From contig JBJHCF010000003.1 in assembly GCA_050506795.1 (NCBI GenBank), forward strand, positions 96,001-160,000: a stretch of 64,000 bases of DNA. The letters are read 5' to 3'. The notes beneath the pieces were generated by a model. It worked only from the letters and a program-made list of their open reading frames with translations, was not told where the DNA came from and searched no databases. Below are positions 9,774 through 20,463 of the stretch, one piece after another (within the stretch, counting starts at the first letter, position 1; each line of letters opens with the position of its first letter). The translations under genes were made by a program, and so were the position numbers. This DNA is from Opitutia bacterium (lineage in GTDB: Bacteria > Verrucomicrobiota > Verrucomicrobiia > Opitutales > T3Sed10-336).

Positions 9774-11492
9774 TCAGTCACCGACCTTTTCCAGATGAAC
9801 CGCCTTGTAACCGCCTTTGCGACGATCACTCAGGAACATCAAGCCGAAGAATACCACCATGATAAGCGGAACCCAGGCGAGCTGTTTGATCGCTCGTTGA
9901 CCGGCATAACCTTCGGCCGGTCCCATGATGGTGTTGGACAGGTAAGCGGCGTGGAAGATGCTTTGTCCGGCAAAGGCGGCCACATCGGAGGGATCGCCTT
10001 CCGCCGCGGCTCGAACCCGTTCCCCGAAAGCTTCACGTGCGGCCGCCAATTCGGCGGTGGCGAGCACCGCGGTGTCGTGCCCCTCGGCGACGAGAATTCG
10101 ATCGCCTAAACCGAGCACGGTTCCGCCCACGGCACGCAGAGCCTGTGGAGCCGCAGTGCCGGCGATTTCGCCGTCGGCTTCAATCCCGGCCAAGGCTTCC
10201 GCAGCCATGTTCATGGCGCGTTCAGCGTCCGCCTGGGTGTAACCCAATTCCTCCACCGGGTTTTCCGCTTGTGCCGCCTGTTGAATGTGGGCGGGGAAAG
10301 TCTCGGTGATGGTTTCCAGAAGCGTGACTGTGGTCTCGCGCCGCTCTTCATTGAGGAAGGAAGCGAGCTGTCTGTCCCCCAGGGCGCCAACCCCCATGTT
10401 CCCCAGCGTGCCGGCGGAAAGGAGTCCGATTCCACAGGTCAAAACGATACCAAGCGAACCGGTCTTGGGCAGCCGCTCGGAAACCAGTCCGACAATGGTG
10501 GGGAAGAAGAAGGCAACGCCGGCGCCGAAGAAGGTGGCGGAAAGGAAGCCAACGGCCGTGCTTTCAGCGATGCCGAACAGGAAAATGCCGATGCAGGTGG
10601 AGAGCGCCGCAAGGGAAAGCAACGCGGGAGGGGAGATGCGGGCCAGGATGGGACCAGACATGAAACGAAGGACCATCATGATGCCCGAGACCCAGGCGAG
10701 CATCAGCAAGCCGGGGAGTTCGACGGCGCTGTAGATCGCGGGAATCCAACGGCCAATTCCCAACTCCAGACCGATGGCGATCGCCATCACGATCAAAAAC
10801 GCGTACATCAGCGGGCTGGTAAAGGTGAAGCGGAACATTTCCTTTACCGGCAACCCGGCTTCGGCGTTCTCCGTCTTGGGGAACTTTTGCGGCAGCACCA
10901 TGACGCCGTAGATGATAACCGGGATGTAGATCAGGGCCACATAGAAGGTCCAGTGACCGATGAACGTGCTCGGTTCAAAACGGGCCAGGAAGGTGGCGAT
11001 CAGCGCACCCCCCACGATGCCCAGCGGGAAAAAGGCGTGAAATATATTCAACATGTGCGCCTTCCGCCGCGTATACATGGCGGCTGTCAGCGGGTTGCCC
11101 GAGACCTCGATCATACCGTTGCCGATGGCTAGAAGAGCGGCTCCCAGCATCAAAACCCAGAATGCCATATCCGGCGACTCCCGGAACAATACGGCGCTGA
11201 TCATCACGGTGACTCCGAGCAGGTGTCCCAGAAAGGCCGCCCAGGTGGCCTTTTTCATGCCGAGGCCCTCCAGTAGCGGGCCGATAACCAGCAATGAAAT
11301 CGCCATTCCCCAGATAGCAGCGCCGGCGATGGCACCGACCTGCAGGTTGGTCAGAATGAATTCGACCTTTAATTGGGGGATAATGCTGGCGATCAGCGAG
11401 AAGGATGCCCCCGTTGGAATAAGGGCAAGACAGATACCGGAGAACAAGCGTGTCCGGTGAATACCATTGGATTGGGTCTGAGGTTCGTTCAT
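9774..11492 (-). CDS. MFS transporter (sugar permease) with a large insertion near the C-terminus
   Basis: Many hydrophobic segments; GNGMIEVSGNPL and LNIFHAFFPLGIVGG motifs of FucP-like MFS proteins. Confidence 0.85.
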   Translation of the reverse strand: MNEPQTQSNGIHRTRLFSGICLALIPTGASFSLIASIIPQLKVEFILTNLQVGAIAGAAIWGMAISLLVIGPLLEGLGMKKATWAAFLGHLLGVTVMISAVLFRESPDMAFWVLMLGAALLAIGNGMIEVSGNPLTAAMYTRRKAHMLNIFHAFFPLGIVGGALIATFLARFEPSTFIGHWTFYVALIYIPVIIYGVMVLPQKFPKTENAEAGLPVKEMFRFTFTSPLMYAFLIVMAIAIGLELGIGRWIPAIYSAVELPGLLMLAWVSGIMMVLRFMSGPILARISPPALLSLAALSTCIGIFLFGIAESTAVGFLSATFFGAGVAFFFPTIVGLVSERLPKTGSLGIVLTCGIGLLSAGTLGNMGVGALGDRQLASFLNEERRETTVTLLETITETFPAHIQQAAQAENPVEELGYTQADAERAMNMAAEALAGIEADGEIAGTAAPQALRAVGGTVLGLGDRILVAEGHDTAVLATAELAAAREAFGERVRAAAEGDPSDVAAFAGQSIFHAAYLSNTIMGPAEGYAGQRAIKQLAWVPLIMVVFFGLMFLSDRRKGGYKAVHLEKVGD

Positions 11493-11796
11493 ATCGTTTT
11501 GGTTGATGAATTAAGGGTTTCGACGAATCGCGGAATACTTATATAGATTGATTTCTTTTCCAAGAGAAAATTTGAATCAGTGTATTGAACCGCCACAATG
11601 GTGGATTTCCATGCCCTTGTGACCTTTAACGCCTTGATGCTTTACATTTTTCCGGGAACCGGTCGACACTGAACTGGACTAAAAACGCATTGCGGGTTTC
11701 ACTGAAATGATCGACGGATACATCAGCAAGTAAATTTCACCGGATAACGTCAATCCGCGCCAAAGCATTCGCCTGGCGACGACAAACAAGAATCCA

Positions 11797-12591
11797 ATGC
11801 CAGATATGAAAAACAATCACCTCAATCTCCTTAAGGCGGCCTTCCTCGGGGCCATTGCCTGTGCCGCCGGCACTCAGTTTGCCGGCGCCGAAGAATTGCC
11901 GGCGGACTCCACTGAGCCCATGGGGCAGACGTTTTCCGACCCCGCGGAGGCGGATGTGTTGCGCGTCCTGTTGGCCGGAGCGGGTGATCATCACCACTTT
12001 CCACGTTACTTTTTGGGGACGGACTCCGAGACCTTGAATGCGGTCGAAGGGATTGAAACCGCGGCGACTCCCAACCTTCGGGAGACGCTGGAATTATTGC
12101 CTCAGGCCGATGTTGTCGTTTTCAGCGGAAATCACCGGATGTACGGCCGAGGGGCTTTCCAGGATGCGTTGCGCGCTCATGCCGACGCGGGGAAAGGGAT
12201 CGTGCTCGTACACGCGGCGGTATGGGTGCACGACTGGGACGGATACAATGAACGGTTCGTGCAGGGCGGTTCCCGCAGCCACGGTTTTGGTGAAATCGAG
12301 GCGACGGTCCTGAAATCCGACCACCCGGTGACGGCAGGAGTCCCGGAAACGTTCACCATCGTGGACGAGAGTTACCACCATTACTTTCAGGAGGGCGCTG
12401 ATGTCGAGGTTCTCGTCGAGAACGCTCCGGACGGTCAAACCGACCGCCCGCACGCCAGCGTTTGGGTGGTAAACGATTCCGAGGCGCGAATTGTTTGCAT
12501 CACCTTCGGACACGATGGACGGGCTCATGACAATCCCGCGTATCAGACCTTGTTGACGAATGCCGTCAAATGGGTCGCCGGTAAAGAATGA
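11797..12591 (+). CDS. ThuA-like (trehalose utilisation, class I GATase-like) secreted protein
   Basis: Signal peptide; GKGIVLVHAA, HPVTAGVPETFTIVDESY, ITFGHD motifs. Confidence 0.85.
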   Translation: MPDMKNNHLNLLKAAFLGAIACAAGTQFAGAEELPADSTEPMGQTFSDPAEADVLRVLLAGAGDHHHFPRYFLGTDSETLNAVEGIETAATPNLRETLELLPQADVVVFSGNHRMYGRGAFQDALRAHADAGKGIVLVHAAVWVHDWDGYNERFVQGGSRSHGFGEIEATVLKSDHPVTAGVPETFTIVDESYHHYFQEGADVEVLVENAPDGQTDRPHASVWVVNDSEARIVCITFGHDGRAHDNPAYQTLLTNAVKWVAGKE

Positions 12592-12826
12592 GGCGGTGCG
12601 TTTTGGTTTGCGCTGACGTGATTCCCCGTCACGCGGCCCGCAGCGCCATTTTTCCTTTTTTCAGCGAATCTTCTGAGCGTCGCAAAAATACAAGAATCAG
12701 TCGGAAATTTACAAGCTATATCCCGTTTCCATAGGGTAGGCTCTTCTTTTGTTCTTAATTTCTTCTTAAGTCGCCCGGTTTGTGTTGTTTCATCCGGGTT
12801 TTCACCCTCAATCAAAGCATACCGAT

Positions 12827-13684
12827 ATGTCTTCCCTCACTTTTGGCGCCAGCACCTGGCTATGGACTTCGCCGTTTAAAACCGCCGCCGCGGAAGAGCT
12901 CTTTCCCCGGATTCGGGAAATGGGTTTCGGCTTGGTGGAATTGCCGATCGAGGATCCCGGCTTGATCGATGTCGATCGTGTGCGATCTCTTTTGGATGAG
13001 AATGGCTTGAAAGCAGTGGTCTGCGGCGCTTTCGGGCCCGGCCGCGATCTCACCCATCCCGAGGCGGCCGTCCGGCAGGAGTCACTGGGCTACATCGAGC
13101 GCTGCCTGGATATCTGCTCCGGGGTGGGCGCGGCTTTTTTCGCCGGTCCGATGTACTCCCAGGTCGGAAAAGTGCGCCAACTTTCTCCCGAGGACCGGCA
13201 AAAGGATTGGGATATGGCGGTGGATGGGATTCGTCAGGCGGCGGAAATGGCCGCGGCACGCGACCTTTCCCTGGCGATCGAGCCGCTCAATCGCTTTGAA
13301 AGCGACCTGGTGAACACGGCGGCGGACGCGGTCCGCATGGTGAACGATATTGGGCATCCGGCGGCGCGGGTGATGCTGGACAGTTTTCACATGACGATTG
13401 AAGAGGAGGACCTGGAGGCGGCCATCCTTCATGCCGGCGATCAGCTGTTGCACGTGCAGGTTTCGGAGAATCACCGCGGGATTCCGGGAACCGGTCTCAC
13501 CGATTGGGCGGCGTTCGCCCGCGGTCTGAAAGGCGCCAATTACCGCGGTGCGGTCGTGATCGAAAGCTTTACACCGGAAAACCGGGATCTCGCGGCTGCC
13601 GTTTGTATTTGGAAGCGCCGGTGCGATGATCAGAACGTGTTTGCCCGTCAGGGGCTGGACTTTCTGAAAAAGGCCCTGGCTTGA
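12827..13684 (+). CDS. Sugar epimerase, D-tagatose/D-psicose 3-epimerase family (TIM barrel)
   Basis: EPLNRFE, LDSFHMTIEE, SENHRGIPGTG and IESF metal-binding motifs; ATG 12827 preferred as start. Confidence 0.85.
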   Translation: MSSLTFGASTWLWTSPFKTAAAEELFPRIREMGFGLVELPIEDPGLIDVDRVRSLLDENGLKAVVCGAFGPGRDLTHPEAAVRQESLGYIERCLDICSGVGAAFFAGPMYSQVGKVRQLSPEDRQKDWDMAVDGIRQAAEMAAARDLSLAIEPLNRFESDLVNTAADAVRMVNDIGHPAARVMLDSFHMTIEEEDLEAAILHAGDQLLHVQVSENHRGIPGTGLTDWAAFARGLKGANYRGAVVIESFTPENRDLAAAVCIWKRRCDDQNVFARQGLDFLKKALA

Positions 13685-13724
13685 GTCATAACCTTAACCC
13701 TACACGAAGAAAATAAGGAACCGT

Positions 13725-14855
13725 ATGAGCGATAAGAAATTCAATGTAGCCATTGTGGGTCTCGGCTTTGGCGCCGAGTTTATCCCCATCTATCAGAAGC
13801 ATCCGAATGCCAATATGTACGCCATTTCTCAGCGTACCAAAGAGAAGCTCGACGCGGTAGGCGACCAGTTCGGAGTGGAAAAGCGCTACACCGACTACGC
13901 GGAACTGCTGCAGGATCCGAATGTGGACTATGTTCACATCAACAGCCCGATCGGCGATCACGGGCGGATGAGCATTGAGGCTCTGAAGGCCGGCAAGCAT
14001 GTGGCGTGCACGGTGCCGATGGCCACGACGATCGAGGAGTGCGAGCAGATCGTGGACCTGGTTAACCAGACGGGCCTGAAGTACATGATGATGGAGACGG
14101 TGGTCTACAGCCGTGAGTACCTCTTTGTGAAGGAGCTTTACGACAAGGGCGAACTCGGCCGTATCCAGTGGCTGCAGGCATCGCACCCCCAGGACATGGA
14201 GGGCTGGCCCAGTTACTGGGAATCGATGATCCCGATGCACTACGCGACGCACGTGGTGAGTCCGATGCTGGGACTGACCAAGGGCGATGCGGAGTTCGTC
14301 TCATGTTTCGGTTCAGGAAGAATCGAGGAGCGGCTGGCCAAAAAGTCCGGCTGTCCGTACGCGGTGGAGTCGTGCCACATCCAGCTCAAGGACTCGGACG
14401 TTTCGGCGCATATCTACCGGTCGCTTTTTGACACGGCGAGGCAGTATCGCGAGTCGATCAATGTGTACGGCACGAAGAAGAGCTTCGAGTGGCCGCTGAT
14501 CGAGGGAGAGGACCCGGTGATCCACACCGCGAAGAAACCCGAGCCGGAGATTCCCGAGCGGGTGAAGGTCCCCGATTACGGTCATTTGCTGCCGGATGAG
14601 ATCGCACCGTTCACCCAGGCGGGGGTGTACGACGCGGAGGACCACGCCCACCTGTCGTTTGTGCAGGGTGGCGGACACGGCGGGTCGCACCCGCACATGT
14701 GCCACGAGTTTCTGATGGCGCTGTTGGAGGATCGCGATCCGTTCCCCAACGCGCGGCAATCGGCGAACTGGACTTGCACCGGGCTGTGTGCGCACGAGTC
14801 GGCAATGAAAGGCGGGCAGATCGTGAAACTGCCGGCATTCACCCTGTCGAAGTAA
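13725..14855 (+). CDS. Gfo/Idh/MocA family NAD(P)-dependent oxidoreductase
   Basis: VAIVGLGFG Rossmann motif, ALKAGKHVACTVPMA. Confidence 0.9.
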   Translation: MSDKKFNVAIVGLGFGAEFIPIYQKHPNANMYAISQRTKEKLDAVGDQFGVEKRYTDYAELLQDPNVDYVHINSPIGDHGRMSIEALKAGKHVACTVPMATTIEECEQIVDLVNQTGLKYMMMETVVYSREYLFVKELYDKGELGRIQWLQASHPQDMEGWPSYWESMIPMHYATHVVSPMLGLTKGDAEFVSCFGSGRIEERLAKKSGCPYAVESCHIQLKDSDVSAHIYRSLFDTARQYRESINVYGTKKSFEWPLIEGEDPVIHTAKKPEPEIPERVKVPDYGHLLPDEIAPFTQAGVYDAEDHAHLSFVQGGGHGGSHPHMCHEFLMALLEDRDPFPNARQSANWTCTGLCAHESAMKGGQIVKLPAFTLSK

Positions 14856-14888
14856 ACCGGACCGCGTCCGCGAGTTACCGGGAAAGTG

Positions 14889-14928
14889 AAAAGAATGCCG
14901 CCGCTTGTCGAAGCGGCGGCATTCTTTT
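14889..14928. terminator. Bidirectional terminator between convergent genes
   Basis: AAAAGAATGCCGCCGCTT-gtcg-AAGCGGCGGCATTCTTTT perfect stem. Confidence 0.85.
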
Positions 14929-15008
14929 GTTTCCCGCCCAGGGTGCGAAGGGGGGATTTGTCGGCGCCTCCGGCCGGGGAAGGTCATGCGCGTTGCGATT
15001 TCGGCCGG

Positions 15009-16214
15009 TTAGCCGCCGCGTTGTCGAAAGGTGCTGGGTGCGGTTCCGTTCAATCGTTTGAAGGCGCGGGAAAAGGAAAAAGCGTCCGAATACCCGGTCA
15101 TTTCGGCGATCCGTTCGAGCCGGTAGTCCGAATTGAGCAGCAGTTCGCGGGCCTGACGGATTCGGATTTCCTCGATGAGGCCGCCCGGGGATTTGCCGAA
15201 CAGCCTTTCACTCTCCCGGTAAAGGCGGGAAGTTGATATTCCCGCCAGGCGAGCCAGATCGTTCACGGACGGGCGTGAGGTAAGGTTTTCCTCAAGCTCG
15301 CGGAGAGCGGCGTTCAGACGCTCGCGGGAGGCGTTGAGCTTTCGGGGCATCCCAAGCGCGCTGACACGGCGCTCGATGCACAGTGCGATGAGTTCCGCCA
15401 AATGAGTGAGGGCGGCATCGCCATACGCTCCCGGTTGGCGAACTTCGGCGCGGAAGTACTGGCAGTAATCGACCAGGTCCTGAAGGGGGAACAGGTTGCT
15501 GTGCCTTAATTCCCCGATGATGTCCTGCCCAAAGCTCATGGCATCGATATGAAGCCAGAGAAATTCGGTCGCGTCCTCCGCGCGATACGATCCGATCGTT
15601 CCCGAAGGAATGAGGAAGGTGCAACCTTCGTCCAAAGTGCGGTGGGCGGATGGGTCCGTGGTAAAAACCAGGCTTCCGCGGATAACCATGCTCAGAAAGT
15701 GAAATCTGGCCGGATGGCGCTCCACGCTGTAGCCTTTATGGGTGTGGGTGAATCCGCCCAACAGGATACCCTTGGCCCGCAATTGAGCCAGGCCACGGGT
15801 TCCGGAATGGAGAAATCGTTCGTTGCTGCCGCGGGGGATGGAAATCTTTTCCTGGACCGATTGATTGCGGTAACGGATATGGGTCACTTCGACCGAACCG
15901 GTGCCGCGGATGAGCGTCAGGTGTCCTTCAAACTGAATTTCCGTCGCTTCGCTCAGGTGGGGCAGGACCCACTTGGAGAATCCGGCGGCGGTCCGGGTGG
16001 CGGCGTCCAGGGCGATTATGCCATGGACGCTTTCCGGCTGCGGAGCCTGTGCCGCGATTCGTCTGTTTTCGATCAGGAGAATTCGCCGCTCCCTTTCGGA
16101 AGTGCGAAAGAGTGCTTCGAGAGACGTTTCGCCGGTGAGAGCAATGTCGAATTTCATCGTCCGCAGGGAGCGGACGATGTGACCGGGCAGGCTCTCGGGC
16201 AGGAGCATTCTCAT
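15009..16214 (-). CDS. AraC family transcriptional regulator with an extra N-terminal domain
   Basis: C-terminal HTH IAEMTGYSDAFSFSRAFKRLNGTAPSTFR; central cupin-like region; about 120 aa N-terminal extension. Confidence 0.9.
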   Translation of the reverse strand: MRMLLPESLPGHIVRSLRTMKFDIALTGETSLEALFRTSERERRILLIENRRIAAQAPQPESVHGIIALDAATRTAAGFSKWVLPHLSEATEIQFEGHLTLIRGTGSVEVTHIRYRNQSVQEKISIPRGSNERFLHSGTRGLAQLRAKGILLGGFTHTHKGYSVERHPARFHFLSMVIRGSLVFTTDPSAHRTLDEGCTFLIPSGTIGSYRAEDATEFLWLHIDAMSFGQDIIGELRHSNLFPLQDLVDYCQYFRAEVRQPGAYGDAALTHLAELIALCIERRVSALGMPRKLNASRERLNAALRELEENLTSRPSVNDLARLAGISTSRLYRESERLFGKSPGGLIEEIRIRQARELLLNSDYRLERIAEMTGYSDAFSFSRAFKRLNGTAPSTFRQRGG

Positions 16215-16496
16215 CGATTACTTGATCGCGTCAGGAAAGATTTTGACATGGAAATGGATTCAATTCAACTAGACGGAAAACGCCGGAATAGCAAGTTTTA
16301 ATGGATACTGCTGATGTTGCGTTGTTTTCGCAACAAACACCGGTGCAATAAATTGACATGCATTCGGGAAATTCAGCCATTCCGGAAAGTGGGAGAAATC
16401 GGTAGGCTGACGGTTATGTTGATTTTCCGTCGTCGATCGACGGCTCGAAGCGGTTCACAGCTCCGAAGCTGGAAATCAACGCTGTTCCTGAAACGA

Positions 16497-18524
16497 ATGA
16501 TCCTGAAAACAGAAAGTCAGTGTGAGGTCGGCGCCGGATCCGGGCGCGTTCGATGCGACCGGAGCCTCTGTGTTTGCGGCGTTGTTTCATGCGTCTTGGC
16601 TACTTGTCTTATCGAGGGATTCGCCGGCACCGCGGCCTATTGGACACTGGAGGAAGGTCCGCCGGCTTACAACGTTCCGGCGGAGGCGGATGCCGTTTGG
16701 GATGTTTCCGGGAACGGAAATCACCTTCGCCCGTTTGCCGATTGGACGTCGCCGGCCTACCTGTCCGACACCCCCTTCAATCCCGTGCCCCAAACTGGGG
16801 AGGCCAATCACCTTTCGGTACATTTCACTCCCAATCGCGATTTGTTCACCGATGGAAAGCCGATCAATTCCAGGACCTTCAGCGCCTGGACCATCGAGGC
16901 CTCCTTTAAACCTCACGCGACGAATCGCTGGCAGGTAGTGGTGGGCAAGGACGGCAATCCCATCGGTACGGCGCCGCCCGTGGCCTTGAAGATCCGGGGC
17001 AGCGACGGCCGCCTGGAAATGGGGGTGGTCGACGGTTCCGCAGTTTCGCGAACGGCTTCCAGCCGCGCTCCATTGCAGTCGGGGGAATGGTACGCCGCTG
17101 CCGGGGTCGCTACGTCTTTGTCCCTGGCGCTCTGGTTAAAGGAACCGGGGGATTCGATGTACGTCTTGCAAGAGACGGTTCCTATAAACGGCGCCTTTTA
17201 CAATGGCTATTCGGGAATCAACCGGACCTGGACTGTCGGGCGCGGGATGTGGGCTGGCTCGCTGGCCGACTGGTTCGACGGGGCGATAGGGCAGGTGAGG
17301 ATTTCAGAAGTCGCCCGTGACCCCGCTGAATTTTTGGGCCATTGGGAGCCCGCGACCGAACCGGATAAGCTCGCACCTGAAGCCGTGGTCGTCCCGGTTA
17401 GGGAGGGGCGAGGTCTGACGCGATATCTGGGCATGGAAACAGGAGTGGCCAAGCCGGGAGAACTGCTTTTACTCGATCGGTCCGCCGACCTCTTAACCTG
17501 GAACCGGGCGTCCGTCGTCTTCGAGGAAGCGAGCGATGACGATCGGGTGCTGTTGGTCAGTAATGTCCGAATCGACGACCATATGCGGCATCATTTACGC
17601 GCCCGGGTGGTGCGGGAGACGCCCGTTATGGATCCGGCGAATCCTTTCCTCCAGGGCGCCGATCCCGATGTGCTCCTCGTGGGAGACACGGTCTGGGTTT
17701 ATCCGACCTATCGCTCGGGCGACCGGCGGTTTTTCGCGTATTCGTCGACGGACCTCGTGCATTGGAACGTCCACGGCCCGGTTCTGGATTACGAGAACGT
17801 CGATTGGATGCCTTCGGACAAACACGCCTGGGCGCCGGGTGTCGCTGAGAAAGACGGCCAGTATTTCCTTTATTTCTCCGGCGGACCAAAACCCTCCTCC
17901 ATCGGGGTCGCGGTGGCGGATTCTCCCGCCGGCCCCTTTATCGACAGCGGACAGCCCCTGTTGCAGGACCGCGGGGACCCCGGATTTGAAGCGATTGACG
18001 CCATGGTATTCACCGATCCCAAGTCGGGTGTATCATATCTTTACGCCGGGGGCAGCGCCGGGGCCACGTTGAGGGTCTTCAGGTTGAGCGACGATAGGGT
18101 TGCCTTGAGCCGCGAACAGTCGGTGGCCACCCCCCAGAATTTCACCGAAGCGCCCTTCATGCATTACCGCGATGGCACGTACTACATTTCCTACAGCCAG
18201 GGTTACTGGAGGGACGCCTCTTACCGGGTCCATTACTCCACTGGTTCGAGCCCTACGGGTCCTTGGACTTACCGGGGAGTGATCCTTGAAAGCGACGATC
18301 AACACAAAGGTCCCGGGCACCATTCCGTTCTGCTCAATCCTCATTCCGACGAGTGGTACATCATCTATCACCGCTGGAACAATCGAACCGGTTCCGGTCC
18401 CTACGACGGCGAGCGAATGGTGGCCATCGATCGTCTGGAGTACGACGAGGAGGGTTTGATTGTTCCGGTGACAATGACCGACACCGGCGTGGGCCCCGTG
18501 TCCCTGGGAACGGAGGAGAATTGA
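16497..18524 (+). CDS. LamG-like domain plus GH43 glycoside hydrolase
   Basis: LamG-like WTIEASFK...WFDGAIGQVRIS; GH43 GADPDV, WAPG, EAID, FTEAP, GPGHHS. Start uncertain (ORF is open from 16314). Confidence 0.85.
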   Translation: MILKTESQCEVGAGSGRVRCDRSLCVCGVVSCVLATCLIEGFAGTAAYWTLEEGPPAYNVPAEADAVWDVSGNGNHLRPFADWTSPAYLSDTPFNPVPQTGEANHLSVHFTPNRDLFTDGKPINSRTFSAWTIEASFKPHATNRWQVVVGKDGNPIGTAPPVALKIRGSDGRLEMGVVDGSAVSRTASSRAPLQSGEWYAAAGVATSLSLALWLKEPGDSMYVLQETVPINGAFYNGYSGINRTWTVGRGMWAGSLADWFDGAIGQVRISEVARDPAEFLGHWEPATEPDKLAPEAVVVPVREGRGLTRYLGMETGVAKPGELLLLDRSADLLTWNRASVVFEEASDDDRVLLVSNVRIDDHMRHHLRARVVRETPVMDPANPFLQGADPDVLLVGDTVWVYPTYRSGDRRFFAYSSTDLVHWNVHGPVLDYENVDWMPSDKHAWAPGVAEKDGQYFLYFSGGPKPSSIGVAVADSPAGPFIDSGQPLLQDRGDPGFEAIDAMVFTDPKSGVSYLYAGGSAGATLRVFRLSDDRVALSREQSVATPQNFTEAPFMHYRDGTYYISYSQGYWRDASYRVHYSTGSSPTGPWTYRGVILESDDQHKGPGHHSVLLNPHSDEWYIIYHRWNNRTGSGPYDGERMVAIDRLEYDEEGLIVPVTMTDTGVGPVSLGTEEN

Positions 18525-18597
18525 ACAAGTCCGGGTTTGGCTCACAAGGGCCGTTGTATTCGCCCGACCTTTTTTCGAACCAACACAAAGACACCTT

Positions 18598-20355
18598 ATG
18601 ACTATGAATACAATCGATTCCGCTAAGAGCTATGGCTCCCTGAAAACGCCCTGGGCTGACGAGGTCGACCGGAAGCATCCGCTGCCGGAATACCCGCGTC
18701 CACAGATGGTGCGTGAAGACAATTGGATCAACCTGAACGGTGAATGGGACTTTGCCGTGACGGCGTCGGGAGCTTCCCGCCCGATGGGCTGGCAGGGCCG
18801 GATCCTGGTGCCGTTCGCCATCGAATCCCAGTTGTCCGGGGTGCAGCGGGTGGTTGGTCCGAATCAGGAACTCTGGTATCGCCGTGCCTTCACAGCCCCT
18901 AAAGGCGAGCGGGTTCTGCTCCATTTCGGCGCGGTGAACTGGCGCGCCACCGTTTGGGTGAACGGCGTCGAGGTCGGCCGCCACAAAGGCGGTTATACGC
19001 CCTTCAGTTTTGATATCACGGAAGCCCTGACGGTGGCTGATGCGCCGGAACTGGTGGTTCGGGTCTGGAATCCGATCGACAGCGAGCCTCAACCGCGGGG
19101 TAAACAGGTGCGCAAGCCGGAATCGATTTACTACACCGCGGTGACCGGCATCTGGCAGACCGTCTGGCTTGAAGCGGTTCCGGCCGTTTCCATCGATAAC
19201 GTTCAACCGGAGGCCGACCTGACCGGCAACCTGGTACGCGTTTCGGTGGAAGGGCGGGGAGCCGACACCGAAGAACGGGTTCGCGTGCGGGCGTTTGACG
19301 GCGACCGGCTGGTTGGGGAAGGGGAAGGTTTTCTGGGCGACGCCATCGATGTTCCGGTGCCGAACGCCCGGTTGTGGAGTCCGGACGATCCCCACTTGTA
19401 TCAACTGGAGGTTTCTCTGGTCGACGGAGAGGATGTGGTGCGGAGTTATTTCGCCATGCGTGAAATCTCCACCGCCAAGGATGCGCAGGGCGTGCCCCGT
19501 TTGTTTCTCAACGGCAAACCGCTGTTTCAATTTGGTCCGCTGGATCAGGGCTACTGGCCGGACGGCCTTTACACCGCTCCCACCGACGAGGCCTTGCTTT
19601 GGGACATCGAAATGACCCGGAAGATGGGATTCAACCTGATCCGAAAACACGTCAAGGTGGAGCCCGCCCGTTGGTACCATTATGCCGATAAACTTGGGCT
19701 TCTGGTTTGGCAGGACATGCCCAGCGGAGGCAACGATCCCAGCCAGTCCGCCCGCGACGGGTCCGGCAAGGAAGGTAAAATGCCCGCTCTGTGGAGCGAG
19801 AACTTCCGCACCGAGTTGCGGGCGATGATCGATGCTTTGCGATTCTTTCCTTCGGTGGTGCTGTGGATGCCCTTTAACGAAGGCTGGGGGCAGCATGACA
19901 CCAACAATATCCTGCAATGGACGGCTGACTACGATCCGACCCGGTTTGTGGGCGGACCGAGCGGCTGGGAGGATATGGGTTGGGGACATACCCATGACCG
20001 GCATTCCTATCCGGGACCGGACATGTTCCCGGTGAGTCCGGACCGGGTTTCGGTTCTGGGGGAGTTCGGCGGCCTTGGGCTGGTGCTTCCCGGTCACCTC
20101 TGGCAGGAGGACCGCAATTGGGGCTATCAGAGTTTCGCCGATAAAAAGGAGCTGTTGGAGCGTTATCGGCAATTGATGGACGATCTGCGTCCGCTGATTG
20201 AAAAAGGCCTTGCCGCCGCGGTATACACTCAAACCACCGACGTGGAGATCGAGGTTAACGGACTGATCACCTATGATCGGCGTGTGATCAAGATCGATCC
20301 CGAAACCCTGCGCGAACTCCACCGGCCGATGTACGCCGCTTCTCCGCAGGAATAA
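18598..20355 (+). CDS. GH2 family glycoside hydrolase
   Basis: PEYPRPQMVR, LHFGAVNW, GPLDQGYWPDGLYTAP, PFNEGWGQ, LGEFGG. Confidence 0.9.
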   Translation: MTMNTIDSAKSYGSLKTPWADEVDRKHPLPEYPRPQMVREDNWINLNGEWDFAVTASGASRPMGWQGRILVPFAIESQLSGVQRVVGPNQELWYRRAFTAPKGERVLLHFGAVNWRATVWVNGVEVGRHKGGYTPFSFDITEALTVADAPELVVRVWNPIDSEPQPRGKQVRKPESIYYTAVTGIWQTVWLEAVPAVSIDNVQPEADLTGNLVRVSVEGRGADTEERVRVRAFDGDRLVGEGEGFLGDAIDVPVPNARLWSPDDPHLYQLEVSLVDGEDVVRSYFAMREISTAKDAQGVPRLFLNGKPLFQFGPLDQGYWPDGLYTAPTDEALLWDIEMTRKMGFNLIRKHVKVEPARWYHYADKLGLLVWQDMPSGGNDPSQSARDGSGKEGKMPALWSENFRTELRAMIDALRFFPSVVLWMPFNEGWGQHDTNNILQWTADYDPTRFVGGPSGWEDMGWGHTHDRHSYPGPDMFPVSPDRVSVLGEFGGLGLVLPGHLWQEDRNWGYQSFADKKELLERYRQLMDDLRPLIEKGLAAAVYTQTTDVEIEVNGLITYDRRVIKIDPETLRELHRPMYAASPQE

Positions 20356-20383
20356 CGCGATGCGGCGACACCTTCCTCCCGAA

Positions 20384-20426
20384 TTCCCGCGGTCGAATCC
20401 TTAAAACATGATTCGGCCGCGGGGAA
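20384..20426. terminator. Hairpin between convergent GH2 and GH43 genes
   Basis: TTCCCGCGGTCGAATC...GATTCGGCCGCGGGGAA imperfect stem. Confidence 0.5.
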
Positions 20427-20463
20427 CTTCGCGATGGAATCGTCCGATGTCCTGGTCCACCGG

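Noticed and set aside
18361..20322. Long antisense ORFs (653 aa here; similar ones at 39764-41731 and 47445-49352)
   Set aside because: Typical GC-rich shadow frames opposite well-supported genes, with no recognisable motifs.
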